64,000 nt of DNA, from sequence record MH051913, one strand, 5' to 3'. Below are positions 19,200 to 28,448 of this stretch, piece by piece. The translations under genes and the position numbers were made by a program. The first letter of the stretch is position 1, and each line of letters begins with the position of its first letter. A model generated the notes under the pieces. That model did no database searches. It was not told the DNA's origin and worked only from the letters and a program-made list of their open reading frames with translations. The stretch comes from Enterobacteria phage vB_EcoM_IME281.

Positions 19200-19228
19200 G
19201 TTTACATCTCCTGTAGACGTGGTACTAT
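19200..19228 (+). promoter_or_regulatory. early promoter/stem-loop cassette upstream of regB
   Basis: GTTTAC, 17 nt, TACTAT; CTCCTGTAG/CTACAGGAG inverted repeat; near-identical to 16912 copy. Confidence 0.65.
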
Positions 19229-19256
19229 AGACCTATCAACTACAGGAGATTACAAA

Positions 19257-19715
19257 ATGTCAGAAATTAATTCAGAAGTATTCATCCGCCGCAACAAATT
19301 ACGTCGTCAGTTCGAAACCGAATTTCGTGAACTTAACGCGTCCATCAAAAAAGCCGCCATTAAGAGCGGTGTCCCAGCTTTCTTTATTAAGTACTCTAAT
19401 CACTTGTTGGACCGTGCTATCCAACGTGAAATTGACGAAAAATATGTTTTCTCTTTGTTCAAGAAGCTCCATAACCATGTTAAAGAAATCCATGAATTTT
19501 TAATCCAGGAGCCTCTTCCTGACATAGAATCTGAAATTGTCCCAGGTAAAGTGTATCGTCCACTGCGTCTCGAGATTACTGATAAAACCTTATGGTTGGG
19601 TATGACCGTAGATCGTAAACATCCTGATAAAGGATATTCATTAAAATGTCGTATGGCATTTGTTAACTCTAAACGTTTAGAAGGTAAAACCAGCACGAAA
19701 GTAATCTATCTTTAA
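19257..19715 (+). CDS. regB: RegB site-specific endoribonuclease
   Basis: 152 aa; EVFIRRNKLRR..HLLDRAIQREIDE..RLEITD..CRMA matches recalled T4 RegB. Confidence 0.8.
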   Translation: MSEINSEVFIRRNKLRRQFETEFRELNASIKKAAIKSGVPAFFIKYSNHLLDRAIQREIDEKYVFSLFKKLHNHVKEIHEFLIQEPLPDIESEIVPGKVYRPLRLEITDKTLWLGMTVDRKHPDKGYSLKCRMAFVNSKRLEGKTSTKVIYL

Positions 19716-19727
19716 TAATGAGGTCTC

Positions 19728-20267
19728 ATGAAAAAAGTATTAGCCACTTTACTATTGACAGTTAGTATGTCTGCCTATAGCGTAGAGCCTACTTTCAGTA
19801 ATGAACAACTCGATAATTTACATTATGCGTATGCTTTCGGTGAACAATACCAAAAGTCGGGAAAGTTCAAAGAAAACCCTAATCAAAAAGGATTAGGATA
19901 TATAATGGCCGGATTATTATGGCAGGAATCATCTGCTGGAATTAATCAAGGTTTAAATAAAGATAAGCACCATGCTTATGGCATGTTCCAAAATTACTTG
20001 CCTACGTTAAGAAGTCGTGTTAAACAGGTAGGTTGGAAGATGTCAGACAAAGAAATAATCCGTATGGTCCAAAAACGACAGAACAGTGCCTCTTGGGCCT
20101 ACATTGAGCTGTCTTATTGGATTGATGTTCACAAAGGTGACCTGAGAAAAGCGATTGCTTCTTATAATGCGGGCTGGAATGTCAAAGCAGGCAGTAAATA
20201 TGCTTCCGAAGTTCTAGAAAAGGCCAATTACCTAAAATCTAAAAAGATGTTTGAGGCGGTGTATTAA
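19728..20267 (+). CDS. secreted lytic transglycosylase-like protein (179 aa)
   Basis: N-terminal signal peptide; LLWQESS with Glu, and AYNAGW motif resemble SLT domain. Confidence 0.45.
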   Translation: MKKVLATLLLTVSMSAYSVEPTFSNEQLDNLHYAYAFGEQYQKSGKFKENPNQKGLGYIMAGLLWQESSAGINQGLNKDKHHAYGMFQNYLPTLRSRVKQVGWKMSDKEIIRMVQKRQNSASWAYIELSYWIDVHKGDLRKAIASYNAGWNVKAGSKYASEVLEKANYLKSKKMFEAVY

Positions 20268-20624
20268 ATGATTAAGCAGATGACTATAGCGCTTATGTTG
20301 ATTGCTCCGGGAGTATTAGCGTCACAAGTTGATGATAGTAATAATTCAATTGTCGAGTATGCTACCCGTACAGCAAAAGATTATTGTCATCCGAGTAATA
20401 CTGAATGCATTATCGAATTCAGTTCAAAAATCACAGCTGCTTTTAAAGATGGCCAGAATGACGTAGAGCATCGCCGAATGAAAGAGAAAACTCTTTCTAA
20501 AAGATACGAGCAACGTCTAAACGTTACTGAATGTATTCCATCTGATAAAAAGTACAAAGAAATGTGCGCGTCTATGGTAGACAGACTCGTTGATTCATAC
20601 AATCGAGGATTAAATTCTAAATGA
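20268..20624 (+). CDS. secreted/periplasmic hypothetical protein (118 aa)
   Basis: Signal-peptide-like N-terminus MIKQMTIALMLIAPGVLA. Confidence 0.45.
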   Translation: MIKQMTIALMLIAPGVLASQVDDSNNSIVEYATRTAKDYCHPSNTECIIEFSSKITAAFKDGQNDVEHRRMKEKTLSKRYEQRLNVTECIPSDKKYKEMCASMVDRLVDSYNRGLNSK

Positions 20625-21100
20625 TTATTGATTATATTAAGGGCGATATTGTCGCCCTATTTCTCCAAGGTAATATTATTGCACACGGGTGCAACTGTTT
20701 CCACACAATGGGTTCTGGCGTAGCCGGACAGTTGGCAAAGGCTTATCCAAAAGTTTTAGAAATAGATAAAACCTCTACTGAATATGGTTCTCGTGATAAA
20801 TTAGGCAATATGTCTATTGTTTTTAAACATAAGCCTACAGGTTTTGGCATGTGCTATAACTTGTATACGCAATACGAACCAGGCCCTAATCTTGATTATG
20901 GCGCTTTAGTAAATTGTATGATAGAATTAAATCTACAAGCAGAAACCCTTTTGTTTAAACCAAGAATTTATATCCCTCGCATTGGTTGTGGTATTGCAGG
21001 TGGAGATTGGGAAAAGGTTTCTAAATTAATCAACATGTTTACTCCTGACATTGATCTGATAGTGGTGGATTATGAAAGCCCATTACCCGCATCCGTTTGA
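20621..21100 (+). CDS. macro domain protein (ADP-ribose binding/hydrolase fold)
   Basis: GDI..IAHGCNCFHTMGSGVAGQL and IGCGIAGG match macro-domain glycine-rich motifs. Confidence 0.5.
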   Translation: MIIDYIKGDIVALFLQGNIIAHGCNCFHTMGSGVAGQLAKAYPKVLEIDKTSTEYGSRDKLGNMSIVFKHKPTGFGMCYNLYTQYEPGPNLDYGALVNCMIELNLQAETLLFKPRIYIPRIGCGIAGGDWEKVSKLINMFTPDIDLIVVDYESPLPASV

Positions 21101-21284
21101 CCCTAAAAACAAAGCGGAAATTATTCGACGCTGGACCGAAACTCGAGTAACTAAATGTCCTATAAAAAGTCAACACAACACCGATAAATGGTATATTGGC
21201 GAATATGTTGAATATACTTTTATAGATAAAAATAAACGTAAACAGCACGTAGAAGAATATTGCTTAAAGGTACAATGGTTATGA
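21072..21284 (+). CDS. hypothetical protein (70 aa)
   Basis: ORF track; overlaps upstream gene by 29 nt. Confidence 0.35.
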   Translation: MKAHYPHPFDPKNKAEIIRRWTETRVTKCPIKSQHNTDKWYIGEYVEYTFIDKNKRKQHVEEYCLKVQWL

Positions 21285-21487
21285 GCCAAGCCCGAATTCT
21301 TAAAACGGCTAAATGTGAAAAATGCGAATGGCCAGTAATCGCAGCTTTATGCAACGATGAAATGGAATGTGAATTTGATTACTGGTGGTACTGTTCTAAT
21401 AAAGGATGTTCTAATCATAAGGGTGAAGGTTTTCATTCTGGTTATTGTGAACATCCTAAATTTGTGCGATATGGTGAACCTAAATGA
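21260..21487 (+). CDS. Cys-rich small protein (75 aa)
   Basis: CEKCEW..CNDEMEC..CSNKGCSNH..C arrangement suggests a zinc-binding fold. Confidence 0.45.
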   Translation: MLKGTMVMSQARILKTAKCEKCEWPVIAALCNDEMECEFDYWWYCSNKGCSNHKGEGFHSGYCEHPKFVRYGEPK

Positions 21488-21657
21488 GTTTGAGTAAAGA
21501 ACAAAAAGATAAATTGTTTGAGCTTATCCATGAGCTCATGGAACTTAATACAGAATGTGAATTTGATAACTCTCTAGACTGGGATTGGCATGCTGGTGAA
21601 GAAGATGAGTTTTCTAAAAAGGAAAATGAATTAATTGCTTATGTAAATAGTCTTTAA
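21484..21657 (+). CDS. hypothetical small acidic protein (57 aa)
   Basis: Not in ORF track (<60 aa); ATGA overlap with upstream stop; ends 10 nt before tk. Confidence 0.4.
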   Translation: MSLSKEQKDKLFELIHELMELNTECEFDNSLDWDWHAGEEDEFSKKENELIAYVNSL

Positions 21658-21666
21658 GAAGGTAAT

Positions 21667-22239
21667 ATGGCTCAACTTTATTTTCACTATGCTGCAATGA
21701 ATTCTGGGAAAACTGCTTCATTGCTAACAGCCGCTCATAACTACAAAGAACGCGGTATGGGCGTACTCCTTTTAAAGCCTGCGATAGACAATAGAGAATC
21801 AAGCCATAGCATTTCATCTCGTATAGGGATTAGCCAGGAGGCTAATGCAGTGACTCCGGATATGGACCTATACGAGTTCTATCGTTGGGCTGAATCTCAA
21901 AAAGATATCCACTGTGTATTTGTGGATGAAGCACAGTTCTTAGAACCGGCACAGATAAAACAACTGGCGAAGATAGTAGACAATTATAATGTTCCAGTTA
22001 TGTGCTATGGGCTAAGAACTGATTTTCAGGGTAAACTGTTTCCTGGCTCTGCTGAATTACTCGCTACAGCAGATAAACTCGTTGAGTACAAAGGTGTGTG
22101 CCACTGTGGCCGTAAAGCTACTATGACTGCTAGGGTCCAAGATGGTATCGCAATTAAGGACGGCGCCCAAGTTTCTATAGGTGGCAACGATTCTTACGTG
22201 TCATTGTGCAGGAAGCACTGGATAGAAATAACGAGTTGA
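21667..22239 (+). CDS. tk: thymidine kinase
   Basis: GAMNSGKT P-loop, FVDEAQF, C-terminal CxCGxxA..R zinc motif; 190 aa; T4 synteny. Confidence 0.9.
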   Translation: MAQLYFHYAAMNSGKTASLLTAAHNYKERGMGVLLLKPAIDNRESSHSISSRIGISQEANAVTPDMDLYEFYRWAESQKDIHCVFVDEAQFLEPAQIKQLAKIVDNYNVPVMCYGLRTDFQGKLFPGSAELLATADKLVEYKGVCHCGRKATMTARVQDGIAIKDGAQVSIGGNDSYVSLCRKHWIEITS

Positions 22240-22246
22240 GGGTACT

Positions 22247-22525
22247 ATGGACCTAAATTCAAAGATTTTAATTCTAGCGTTCGCTGTGGCTATTTCTTAC
22301 ATTGTTCTTTCGCCTATCATGGATGATGCGGCTTACAAAAGAGAGATAGAAGTTGTAGCAGCGACGTATAATGCTAATAATAAAGAATGCCCTAATAAAA
22401 ATGGAATGGATTTAATTAAAGCACATTATATGCTTTCCATTACCTCGCCTATACAGAGGAATTGGGTTGAATATAATTTTAACGACGTGTTCTATTCTTA
22501 TTGTCGTAAGCTTAAAAAGCTATAA
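22247..22525 (+). CDS. hypothetical protein with N-terminal TM helix (92 aa)
   Basis: ORF track; hydrophobic N-terminus. Confidence 0.45.
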   Translation: MDLNSKILILAFAVAISYIVLSPIMDDAAYKREIEVVAATYNANNKECPNKNGMDLIKAHYMLSITSPIQRNWVEYNFNDVFYSYCRKLKKL

Positions 22526-22528
22526 ATA
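22521..22528 (+). promoter_or_regulatory. possible late promoter TATAAATA
   Basis: Exact octamer but about 90 nt upstream of next ATG. Confidence 0.3.
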
Positions 22529-22618
22529 GTAATACTAACCGTAGAGCTTTAGCTTTTGGTAATCGCTATCGGTTAAGGCCGAAAGGCAAATTCGTATAAA
22601 ATAACAAAGGACTTTTGT

Positions 22619-22912
22619 ATGGGTATTTTCCGTACAGTGGCTTGTATCCTTATGATTGGATGTTTAAGCCCAACATCTTCACTAGCAAACAAATCCGACC
22701 CTAAATTGATGGACGCCTTTGCTAGTAGTGCGATGCCAGTTTATGCGCAAATGAGTAAACCTAGTGTAAAGGCCTCCGAAGACTACTGGGCTTATGTAAC
22801 TGCTTCTTGGAAAATTTCAAATTGCAATACAATAGAGTCTTGCTCGATTGAAGGTCGGGCTATCGGAGAACGATACGCTAAACTAATGAAGGTAGATGAT
22901 GAAATTCAATGA
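22619..22912 (+). CDS. putative lipoprotein (97 aa)
   Basis: Signal peptide with lipobox-like LIGC. Confidence 0.45.
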   Translation: MGIFRTVACILMIGCLSPTSSLANKSDPKLMDAFASSAMPVYAQMSKPSVKASEDYWAYVTASWKISNCNTIESCSIEGRAIGERYAKLMKVDDEIQ

Positions 22913-23282
22913 TTTCGTACTTAGTCGAGGGACTGAAGTAGATTCTTATATTGGTTGGCTGTTGGTTTCTTTAGCCTATTTTAAGTCAGCCCATTTGGAA
23001 ACCAAAAGCTATGCAAGACACAAAGCATATGACTTCTATTATACAGAAGTTCAAGGACCACTAGACCAGTTCAGTGAACAGTATTTAGGATTTAGTGGCA
23101 AAGAATATAAAGCATCACTACCATCTGCTTCAGAACTGCCTAAAGACCCCATAGATTTTCTTGATGAACTTATTAAAGCGTCTGATAAAATCTACAAAAA
23201 TCTTCCTAAGGCCATCCAATCGACTTTGGACGACATCACTGGTGTCTTTTACCAGACTAAGTATTTGTTAACGTTAGAATAA
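22896..23282 (+). CDS. hypothetical protein (128 aa)
   Basis: ORF track; followed by terminator. Confidence 0.45.
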   Translation: MMKFNDFVLSRGTEVDSYIGWLLVSLAYFKSAHLETKSYARHKAYDFYYTEVQGPLDQFSEQYLGFSGKEYKASLPSASELPKDPIDFLDELIKASDKIYKNLPKAIQSTLDDITGVFYQTKYLLTLE

Positions 23283-23287
23283 TCAAA

Positions 23288-23314
23288 GGTCTCACTTCGG
23301 TGGGACCTTTTTTC
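23288..23314 (+). terminator. rho-independent terminator
   Basis: GGTCTCAC-TTCG-GTGGGACC hairpin plus T6. Confidence 0.65.
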
Positions 23315-23322
23315 GTTTAGGT

Positions 23323-23351
23323 GTTTACTTCCTCTAGGAACGTGATACTAT
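23323..23351 (+). promoter_or_regulatory. early promoter/stem-loop cassette
   Basis: GTTTAC, 17 nt, TACTAT; core GTGATACTATAGACCTATCAACTA. Confidence 0.6.
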
Positions 23352-23379
23352 AGACCTATCAACTAATGAGGAGAACAGT

Positions 23380-23616
23380 ATGAAACTTACAAGTACTACG
23401 GTTTCATTGGAATATGAAATCAATAACCGCCTCCTTGAGATTAAGATATTCGACGACCGAAGTATCTTTGCTGACTACCGAGGGTACAGAATTCGCCTAG
23501 AAAAGGACGAGCTCAAGGAACCACGGCTCCTTAAAGACACATTAAAGGGATGTGGGTGTAAGCTGAAGACCACTCAAGCCCAAGAATTAATTTCTACTAT
23601 CAACAAATACTGGTGA
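23380..23616 (+). CDS. hypothetical protein (78 aa)
   Basis: GAGGAG RBS; cassette promoter upstream. Confidence 0.5.
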   Translation: MKLTSTTVSLEYEINNRLLEIKIFDDRSIFADYRGYRIRLEKDELKEPRLLKDTLKGCGCKLKTTQAQELISTINKYW

Positions 23617-23620
23617 TATT

Positions 23621-23803
23621 ATGTTAACTACTGAACAGATTGAGAAAATTATTAAACTCGCCCAGCATATTGAAAACGCATCCAATGACCTAGCTGTTGA
23701 ATATTGCGAAGGTTATTCATATTCTGGAATAGAGCAGTGTAAACGAGATTTGGCTAATTCTAAAGCGGCCTTGGTTGAGTATCTTAATGAGTTGAAAGCA
23801 TAA
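23621..23803 (+). CDS. hypothetical protein (60 aa)
   Basis: ORF track. Confidence 0.4.
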   Translation: MLTTEQIEKIIKLAQHIENASNDLAVEYCEGYSYSGIEQCKRDLANSKAALVEYLNELKA

Positions 23804-23924
23804 TGGCTGATGGCACAGGAGCCTGAAGATGATTTACTATCTTGAACCTTGGGCTTGGTCAACAATGATTATAGGCCCTATTTTAATCGGTTTATTCTTT
23901 TCATGGTTAGTGAGGAAATTGTAA

Positions 23925-24122
23925 ATGTTATACGATCCAAATGGTTGTTCTGAAGATGGTGTGATTGCCCTTTTAGCAGATGTTGAAGAATCTGACGATG
24001 ACGTCTTTGTTAAAGATTGGGAAGAAAAAGGTGGAATCACGCTCCAACAAGAAAATGATATGATTTGTCTGAATGCAGACCAAGTCGAAGAGCTTTATAG
24101 TATTTTAAAACATAACCGTTGA
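23925..24122 (+). CDS. hypothetical acidic protein (65 aa)
   Basis: ORF track; GAGGAA RBS. Confidence 0.4.
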   Translation: MLYDPNGCSEDGVIALLADVEESDDDVFVKDWEEKGGITLQQENDMICLNADQVEELYSILKHNR

Positions 24123-24132
24123 GGAATAGAAA

Positions 24133-24693
24133 ATGATTATTGAAACAACTGAATTGTTTGGCGAACTGTCCGCTGAAGTAGTTAATAACGCAATTGAGCT
24201 TTCACAAGAAGACGATAAAATCGTACTGACTATCGCTGATATTAAACCGCTTTATGATTTAATGGTTTTAGATAGACACGATTATCTTAACGGTCGGGCT
24301 AGTGCTCCTATCGATATCAATGATGATATGTTTGCCTATATCTATAAAAATGAAACCGGGTTTAATCTGGAAAATGGTATTGAATGTCTGAGCATCAGCG
24401 ATTCTGATAAATTCTTTGATTGTATTTTCAAACTGTTCCAGGAAGAATGCAAGCCGGAAGTTGAATGGAAAGTCCCTGGCCAAGATGCCGTGATTCGTTC
24501 TAGTGAAACCTTTGAAGGTGATGAAGAAGAACTGAATTATGATACTGAATTAACCGTGTATCAACATCAGGGCCGTGATTTGTTATCCTTGACCCAAAGA
24601 CACGATGGTGAAAGTGAAGTGGTATTTACTAAAGACGAACTAAAAGTTTTAGTCTCTTATCTGAACTCTGTTATCCCAACTATGAACTCTTAA
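24133..24693 (+). CDS. hypothetical strongly acidic protein (186 aa)
   Basis: ORF track; D/E-rich. Confidence 0.5.
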   Translation: MIIETTELFGELSAEVVNNAIELSQEDDKIVLTIADIKPLYDLMVLDRHDYLNGRASAPIDINDDMFAYIYKNETGFNLENGIECLSISDSDKFFDCIFKLFQEECKPEVEWKVPGQDAVIRSSETFEGDEEELNYDTELTVYQHQGRDLLSLTQRHDGESEVVFTKDELKVLVSYLNSVIPTMNS

Positions 24694-24703
24694 GGAAAAT
24701 ATT

Positions 24704-25162
24704 ATGATTATGATTATCAATGCAAACTCTTGGCACGCTAAACTTCATGACCGTTTTTATGACAGTCATTCTCGACCGCACTCTTTATGTGCTTACTTCT
24801 GGAAAATGGTTTGGGCTTGTTTTGCTTGTGCTGTTGTTGCAGGTAGTACGCTTTTTGGATTAACTGTTGCAGGTGTTGGTGTATTAGAGCATTTCTTTGT
24901 ATTAAGTACCCCTGTTCTGTTGAGTCTAGGGTTTGTTTTAGGATTGGTTGCAATAGCTCTTATTATTGCGCTATCCATTGGTTTGGCATTCGGTGCGATG
25001 AATTTACACGCATGGTATGATGCCCGTAGAGAAGAAAAGGAATGGCAACGTATTCAAGCTGAGCGTGAAGGCCGAGAAACTAAAGAAAACATCGTTATTC
25101 AATACATTAAAGCTCGTAAATCTAAGGTCTGTCCGGTAATCCACTTCGAGGACAAAGAATGA
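24704..25162 (+). CDS. integral membrane protein (152 aa)
   Basis: Multiple hydrophobic helices. Confidence 0.5.
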   Translation: MIMIINANSWHAKLHDRFYDSHSRPHSLCAYFWKMVWACFACAVVAGSTLFGLTVAGVGVLEHFFVLSTPVLLSLGFVLGLVAIALIIALSIGLAFGAMNLHAWYDARREEKEWQRIQAEREGRETKENIVIQYIKARKSKVCPVIHFEDKE

Positions 25163-26169
25163 GAACAGTTATGAAAGGCTACTTCGGTAGTCACCTTTAT
25201 GGAACAAGTACTCCAGAATCTGATGTTGATTTTAAAGAAATCTTTGTTCCACATCCGCGTGATATTCTGTTAGGTACGGCTATGAACCATACCAACCTGA
25301 ATACGAATAACACTGCTTCCAAAAACACTAAAGATGATGTTGACCACGAGCTTTACAGCCTGAAATATTTCTTTAAACTGGCGGCAGATGGCGAAACCGT
25401 TGCTCTGGATATGCTCCACACTCCACCTGAAATGGTGGTTAAATCTGATTTACCTGGTGTATGGAAATTTATCCAAGACAATCGTTCTCGGTTCTATACG
25501 ACTAACATGAAAGCCTATTTAGGGTACGTCCGTAAGCAAGCTTCTAAATATGGTGTTAAGGGTTCTCGACTAGCTGCACTGCGTGGTGTACTGGCTATTG
25601 TTAACCAGATTCCTGAACAGTGGGTCGATTATCAAGAAGGAATCCCTGATAGACTTCGTCGTACTAAGGTAGAAGATATCAAACACAGACTCCCTGAAAA
25701 TGAGTTCTGTGAATGGGTATTCCATAACCATGAGAAAACAGGTCCGCAAACGTTCTATACTGTTCTAGGACGTAAGTACCAAACTACTTTGTCTTTAATC
25801 GAGCTCAAGCAATCTCTGAATAAGCTCGATGCTGAATATGGTGAACGTGCCCGTAAAGCTGAAGCTAACGAAGGTATTGACTGGAAAGCTCTGAGCCATG
25901 CTTATCGGGCTGGGTATCAATTGTTGGAAATCTACCAAACAGGCGACCTGGTATTCCCATTGCGCGAAGCCTCTATCATTAAGCTGATTAAGGCCGGTGA
26001 ACTTCCATTTAAAGAGGTCCAAGAACTTCTTGAAGACACTGTTGATTTAGTCGAAGTACTGGCTATCCAGGCTCATAAGAACGGTATGCCTGCTAAGGTA
26101 GATATGAAGTTCTGGGACAAGTTTGTTGAAGAGGTATACCTTGACAACCACAACTCTTATTATCGATAA
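25159..26169 (+). CDS. nucleotidyltransferase-fold protein (336 aa)
   Basis: N-terminal YFGSHLYGTSTPESDVDF fits the hG[GS]x9-13DhD pol-beta-type NTase signature. Confidence 0.55.
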   Translation: MRTVMKGYFGSHLYGTSTPESDVDFKEIFVPHPRDILLGTAMNHTNLNTNNTASKNTKDDVDHELYSLKYFFKLAADGETVALDMLHTPPEMVVKSDLPGVWKFIQDNRSRFYTTNMKAYLGYVRKQASKYGVKGSRLAALRGVLAIVNQIPEQWVDYQEGIPDRLRRTKVEDIKHRLPENEFCEWVFHNHEKTGPQTFYTVLGRKYQTTLSLIELKQSLNKLDAEYGERARKAEANEGIDWKALSHAYRAGYQLLEIYQTGDLVFPLREASIIKLIKAGELPFKEVQELLEDTVDLVEVLAIQAHKNGMPAKVDMKFWDKFVEEVYLDNHNSYYR

Positions 26170-26176
26170 CGAAGAA

Positions 26177-26365
26177 ATGAAGGTCTTTTTATCATATGGA
26201 AGACCCCATAAAACCCGACGTTGGTATCTTGAAGCTGTCTGTAAAGAAACCGGACGTCGAGTCAATATCAAGTACGTGTGCAAACCTACGCCTAAACAGA
26301 CAAGACAATTTGTTAACTGGGCTATAAATGATATACGCTTCCATAATTTTTGGAGCGCAATTTAG
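26177..26365 (+). CDS. hypothetical small basic protein (62 aa)
   Basis: M19 of track ORF 26123; followed by terminator; weak RBS. Confidence 0.3.
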   Translation: MKVFLSYGRPHKTRRWYLEAVCKETGRRVNIKYVCKPTPKQTRQFVNWAINDIRFHNFWSAI

Positions 26366-26386
26366 GAACCTTCGGGTTCCTTTTTT
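26365..26386 (+). terminator. rho-independent terminator
   Basis: GGAACC-TTCG-GGTTCC plus T6. Confidence 0.7.
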
Positions 26387-26405
26387 GGGTTTAGTGCAAA
26401 AAAGA

Positions 26406-26434
26406 GTTTACACCCTCGTAGAGCATGTTATTAT
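26406..26434 (+). promoter_or_regulatory. early promoter/stem-loop cassette
   Basis: GTTTAC, 17 nt, TATTAT; degenerate core GTTATTATGGACCTATCAA. Confidence 0.55.
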
Positions 26435-26471
26435 GGACCTATCAAATCTACTGAGTGAAATGGAGAATATA

Positions 26472-27452
26472 ATGTTAACTATCAAAATCAACAAAGGTAT
26501 CTATCGCGGTAATGTAATCTCCGGTACGTTCATGAGTTCAGGTAAAACCTGGTTCCCTAATAAAATTCATGAATCCGAAGCTCACCTCGGTGATGGTAAG
26601 GTATTTGTACAGATTGATGGTGTTGAACGTGGTGTATGGGTGTTCAAATGTGACGTTGAAATGGAAGGTGCTGAAGCTCCTGCAATGGTTACTGAATCCG
26701 CTGAAGAAATGAAACATCGCATCAACAAACGTTTTAAAGTAATGAACATGATGACTAACGGAATCATCGATGGTAAAATTCGTTCCCTTATCATCTCTGG
26801 TGCCGCAGGTATTGGTAAAACTTATTCTTTGGATAAAGCATTACAGAATGCCCACGAAAATGAAACTATCGAATATAAATCAATCAACGGAAAGATTAGT
26901 GGAATCGGTCTTTACGAGCAGCTTTGGAATAACCGCGGCCCTAATAGTGTTCTTCTTATCGATGATGTTGATGTATTCTCTGATATGGATATCCTGAACC
27001 TGTTAAAAGCAGCATTGGATACCGGTGAAAAACGTAAGGTGTGCTGGAGCACTTCAAGTTCTTATCTCGATGATAAAAATATCGATAAAGAATTCGAATA
27101 CGAAGGCACCATCGTGTTCATCACCAACGTTGATATTGACCGTGAATTAGAGCGTGGAACTAAACTTGCTCCGCACCTCCAGGCTTTAGTATCTCGTTCA
27201 GTTTACTTAGACCTCGGAGTTCACTCTAACGAAGAGATTATGGTTCGTGTTGAAGACGTTATCCTGTCCACTGATATGATGCAAAATCGAGGTCTGACCG
27301 ATGCTGAGACTTATCAAGCACTGGCATGGATGAAGGCTAATGTATCTCGTCTTCGTAACGTATCATTACGTACAGCTCTTTATCTGGCGGACTTCATTGC
27401 CACCGATAAAAATGACTGGAACGAAATTGCTGAAGTTACACTTCTGAAATAA
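26472..27452 (+). CDS. AAA+ ATPase-like protein (326 aa)
   Basis: Walker A ISGAAGIGKTY, Walker B VLLIDDVD; M49 of track ORF with GGAG RBS. Confidence 0.6.
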   Translation: MLTIKINKGIYRGNVISGTFMSSGKTWFPNKIHESEAHLGDGKVFVQIDGVERGVWVFKCDVEMEGAEAPAMVTESAEEMKHRINKRFKVMNMMTNGIIDGKIRSLIISGAAGIGKTYSLDKALQNAHENETIEYKSINGKISGIGLYEQLWNNRGPNSVLLIDDVDVFSDMDILNLLKAALDTGEKRKVCWSTSSSYLDDKNIDKEFEYEGTIVFITNVDIDRELERGTKLAPHLQALVSRSVYLDLGVHSNEEIMVRVEDVILSTDMMQNRGLTDAETYQALAWMKANVSRLRNVSLRTALYLADFIATDKNDWNEIAEVTLLK

Positions 27453-27461
27453 AGGTGAATT

Positions 27462-27803
27462 ATGTTTGAACAATTTATTTACAATCTTTATAAAGCAGGT
27501 TTGGCCCATCGTGATGCCATGAAACAGTCCGTCGAGGACTATGATAAAGAAGTTATCGACGGATATACTAATAGAGTTTATAAAACAGATTGTGAAGAAG
27601 GAGATTACAAGAGACTGCTCTTGGCTGCGAAGACCCAGGCCTTAATAAATCTAGACCGTAAGCAGGTAAAGTTGGCAGGCGACTTCCGAGGTGAACTCTG
27701 CGCCATCAGGAATGAATATCGCATTCGTATTGAACATCAACGGAAACCTAATACCCAATCAGCGTGGTTTAGTGGACATGCCGGTGAAAAAAGTTTCTAT
27801 TAG
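27462..27803 (+). CDS. hypothetical protein (113 aa)
   Basis: ORF track. Confidence 0.45.
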   Translation: MFEQFIYNLYKAGLAHRDAMKQSVEDYDKEVIDGYTNRVYKTDCEEGDYKRLLLAAKTQALINLDRKQVKLAGDFRGELCAIRNEYRIRIEHQRKPNTQSAWFSGHAGEKSFY

Positions 27804-27805
27804 TT

Positions 27806-27834
27806 GTTTACATCTCCAGTAGAAATGATACTAT
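27806..27834 (+). promoter_or_regulatory. early promoter/stem-loop cassette
   Basis: GTTTAC, 17 nt, TACTAT; CTCCAGTAG/CTACTGGAG inverted repeat. Confidence 0.65.
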
Positions 27835-27860
27835 AGACCTATCAACTACTGGAGGTTATC

Positions 27861-28385
27861 ATGAACGCTAAAGATATTTTTTCACTGATTAATTTTAACA
27901 ATGGTAATTTCAAATCTGAAAAACAAAGCAAGTTCTTTAACGACGTTGCTTGTGGTAATGAGATTACCGTATCTGGAGGAGAGATTTACAAAAGCCGTTG
28001 GAACTGGATTGTTGTCATTGATTCAGTTGGTATTGTAGAGCTCTATAAAAACACTAACAAAAAACGTACTCTTCACTGGAGTCGTGAAACCAATCAAGCT
28101 TATCAAGCTGAACGTAACAAACGTTTAATGCCTACCGAATCTGACCTGGCAAACGTTAAATCTGATATCGCTTATTTCGATAATCTGATTGCCGAGGAAC
28201 AAGCGGTTATTGATAAGTTTGATGAAATCAAAGCTTGTAAAGAGATTCCTGAATTCATGCGGGAATCAGTAAATGAACAGTACGCCCTCACTTCAGGTCG
28301 TATCGAGCAGTACAAATCACAACGAGCTGAACGCCAAGCTCTGCTTCAGAAATTTGAAGAGCGTTTAAAGACGGTTCTCGCATAA
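27861..28385 (+). CDS. hypothetical protein (174 aa)
   Basis: GGAGG RBS; cassette promoter upstream. Confidence 0.5.
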   Translation: MNAKDIFSLINFNNGNFKSEKQSKFFNDVACGNEITVSGGEIYKSRWNWIVVIDSVGIVELYKNTNKKRTLHWSRETNQAYQAERNKRLMPTESDLANVKSDIAYFDNLIAEEQAVIDKFDEIKACKEIPEFMRESVNEQYALTSGRIEQYKSQRAERQALLQKFEERLKTVLA

Positions 28386-28448
28386 ACGCTTTATACCAAG
28401 GATGGTATAATGGTTCTAGGTTCTTAATTACTTACTGAGGAAATTATT

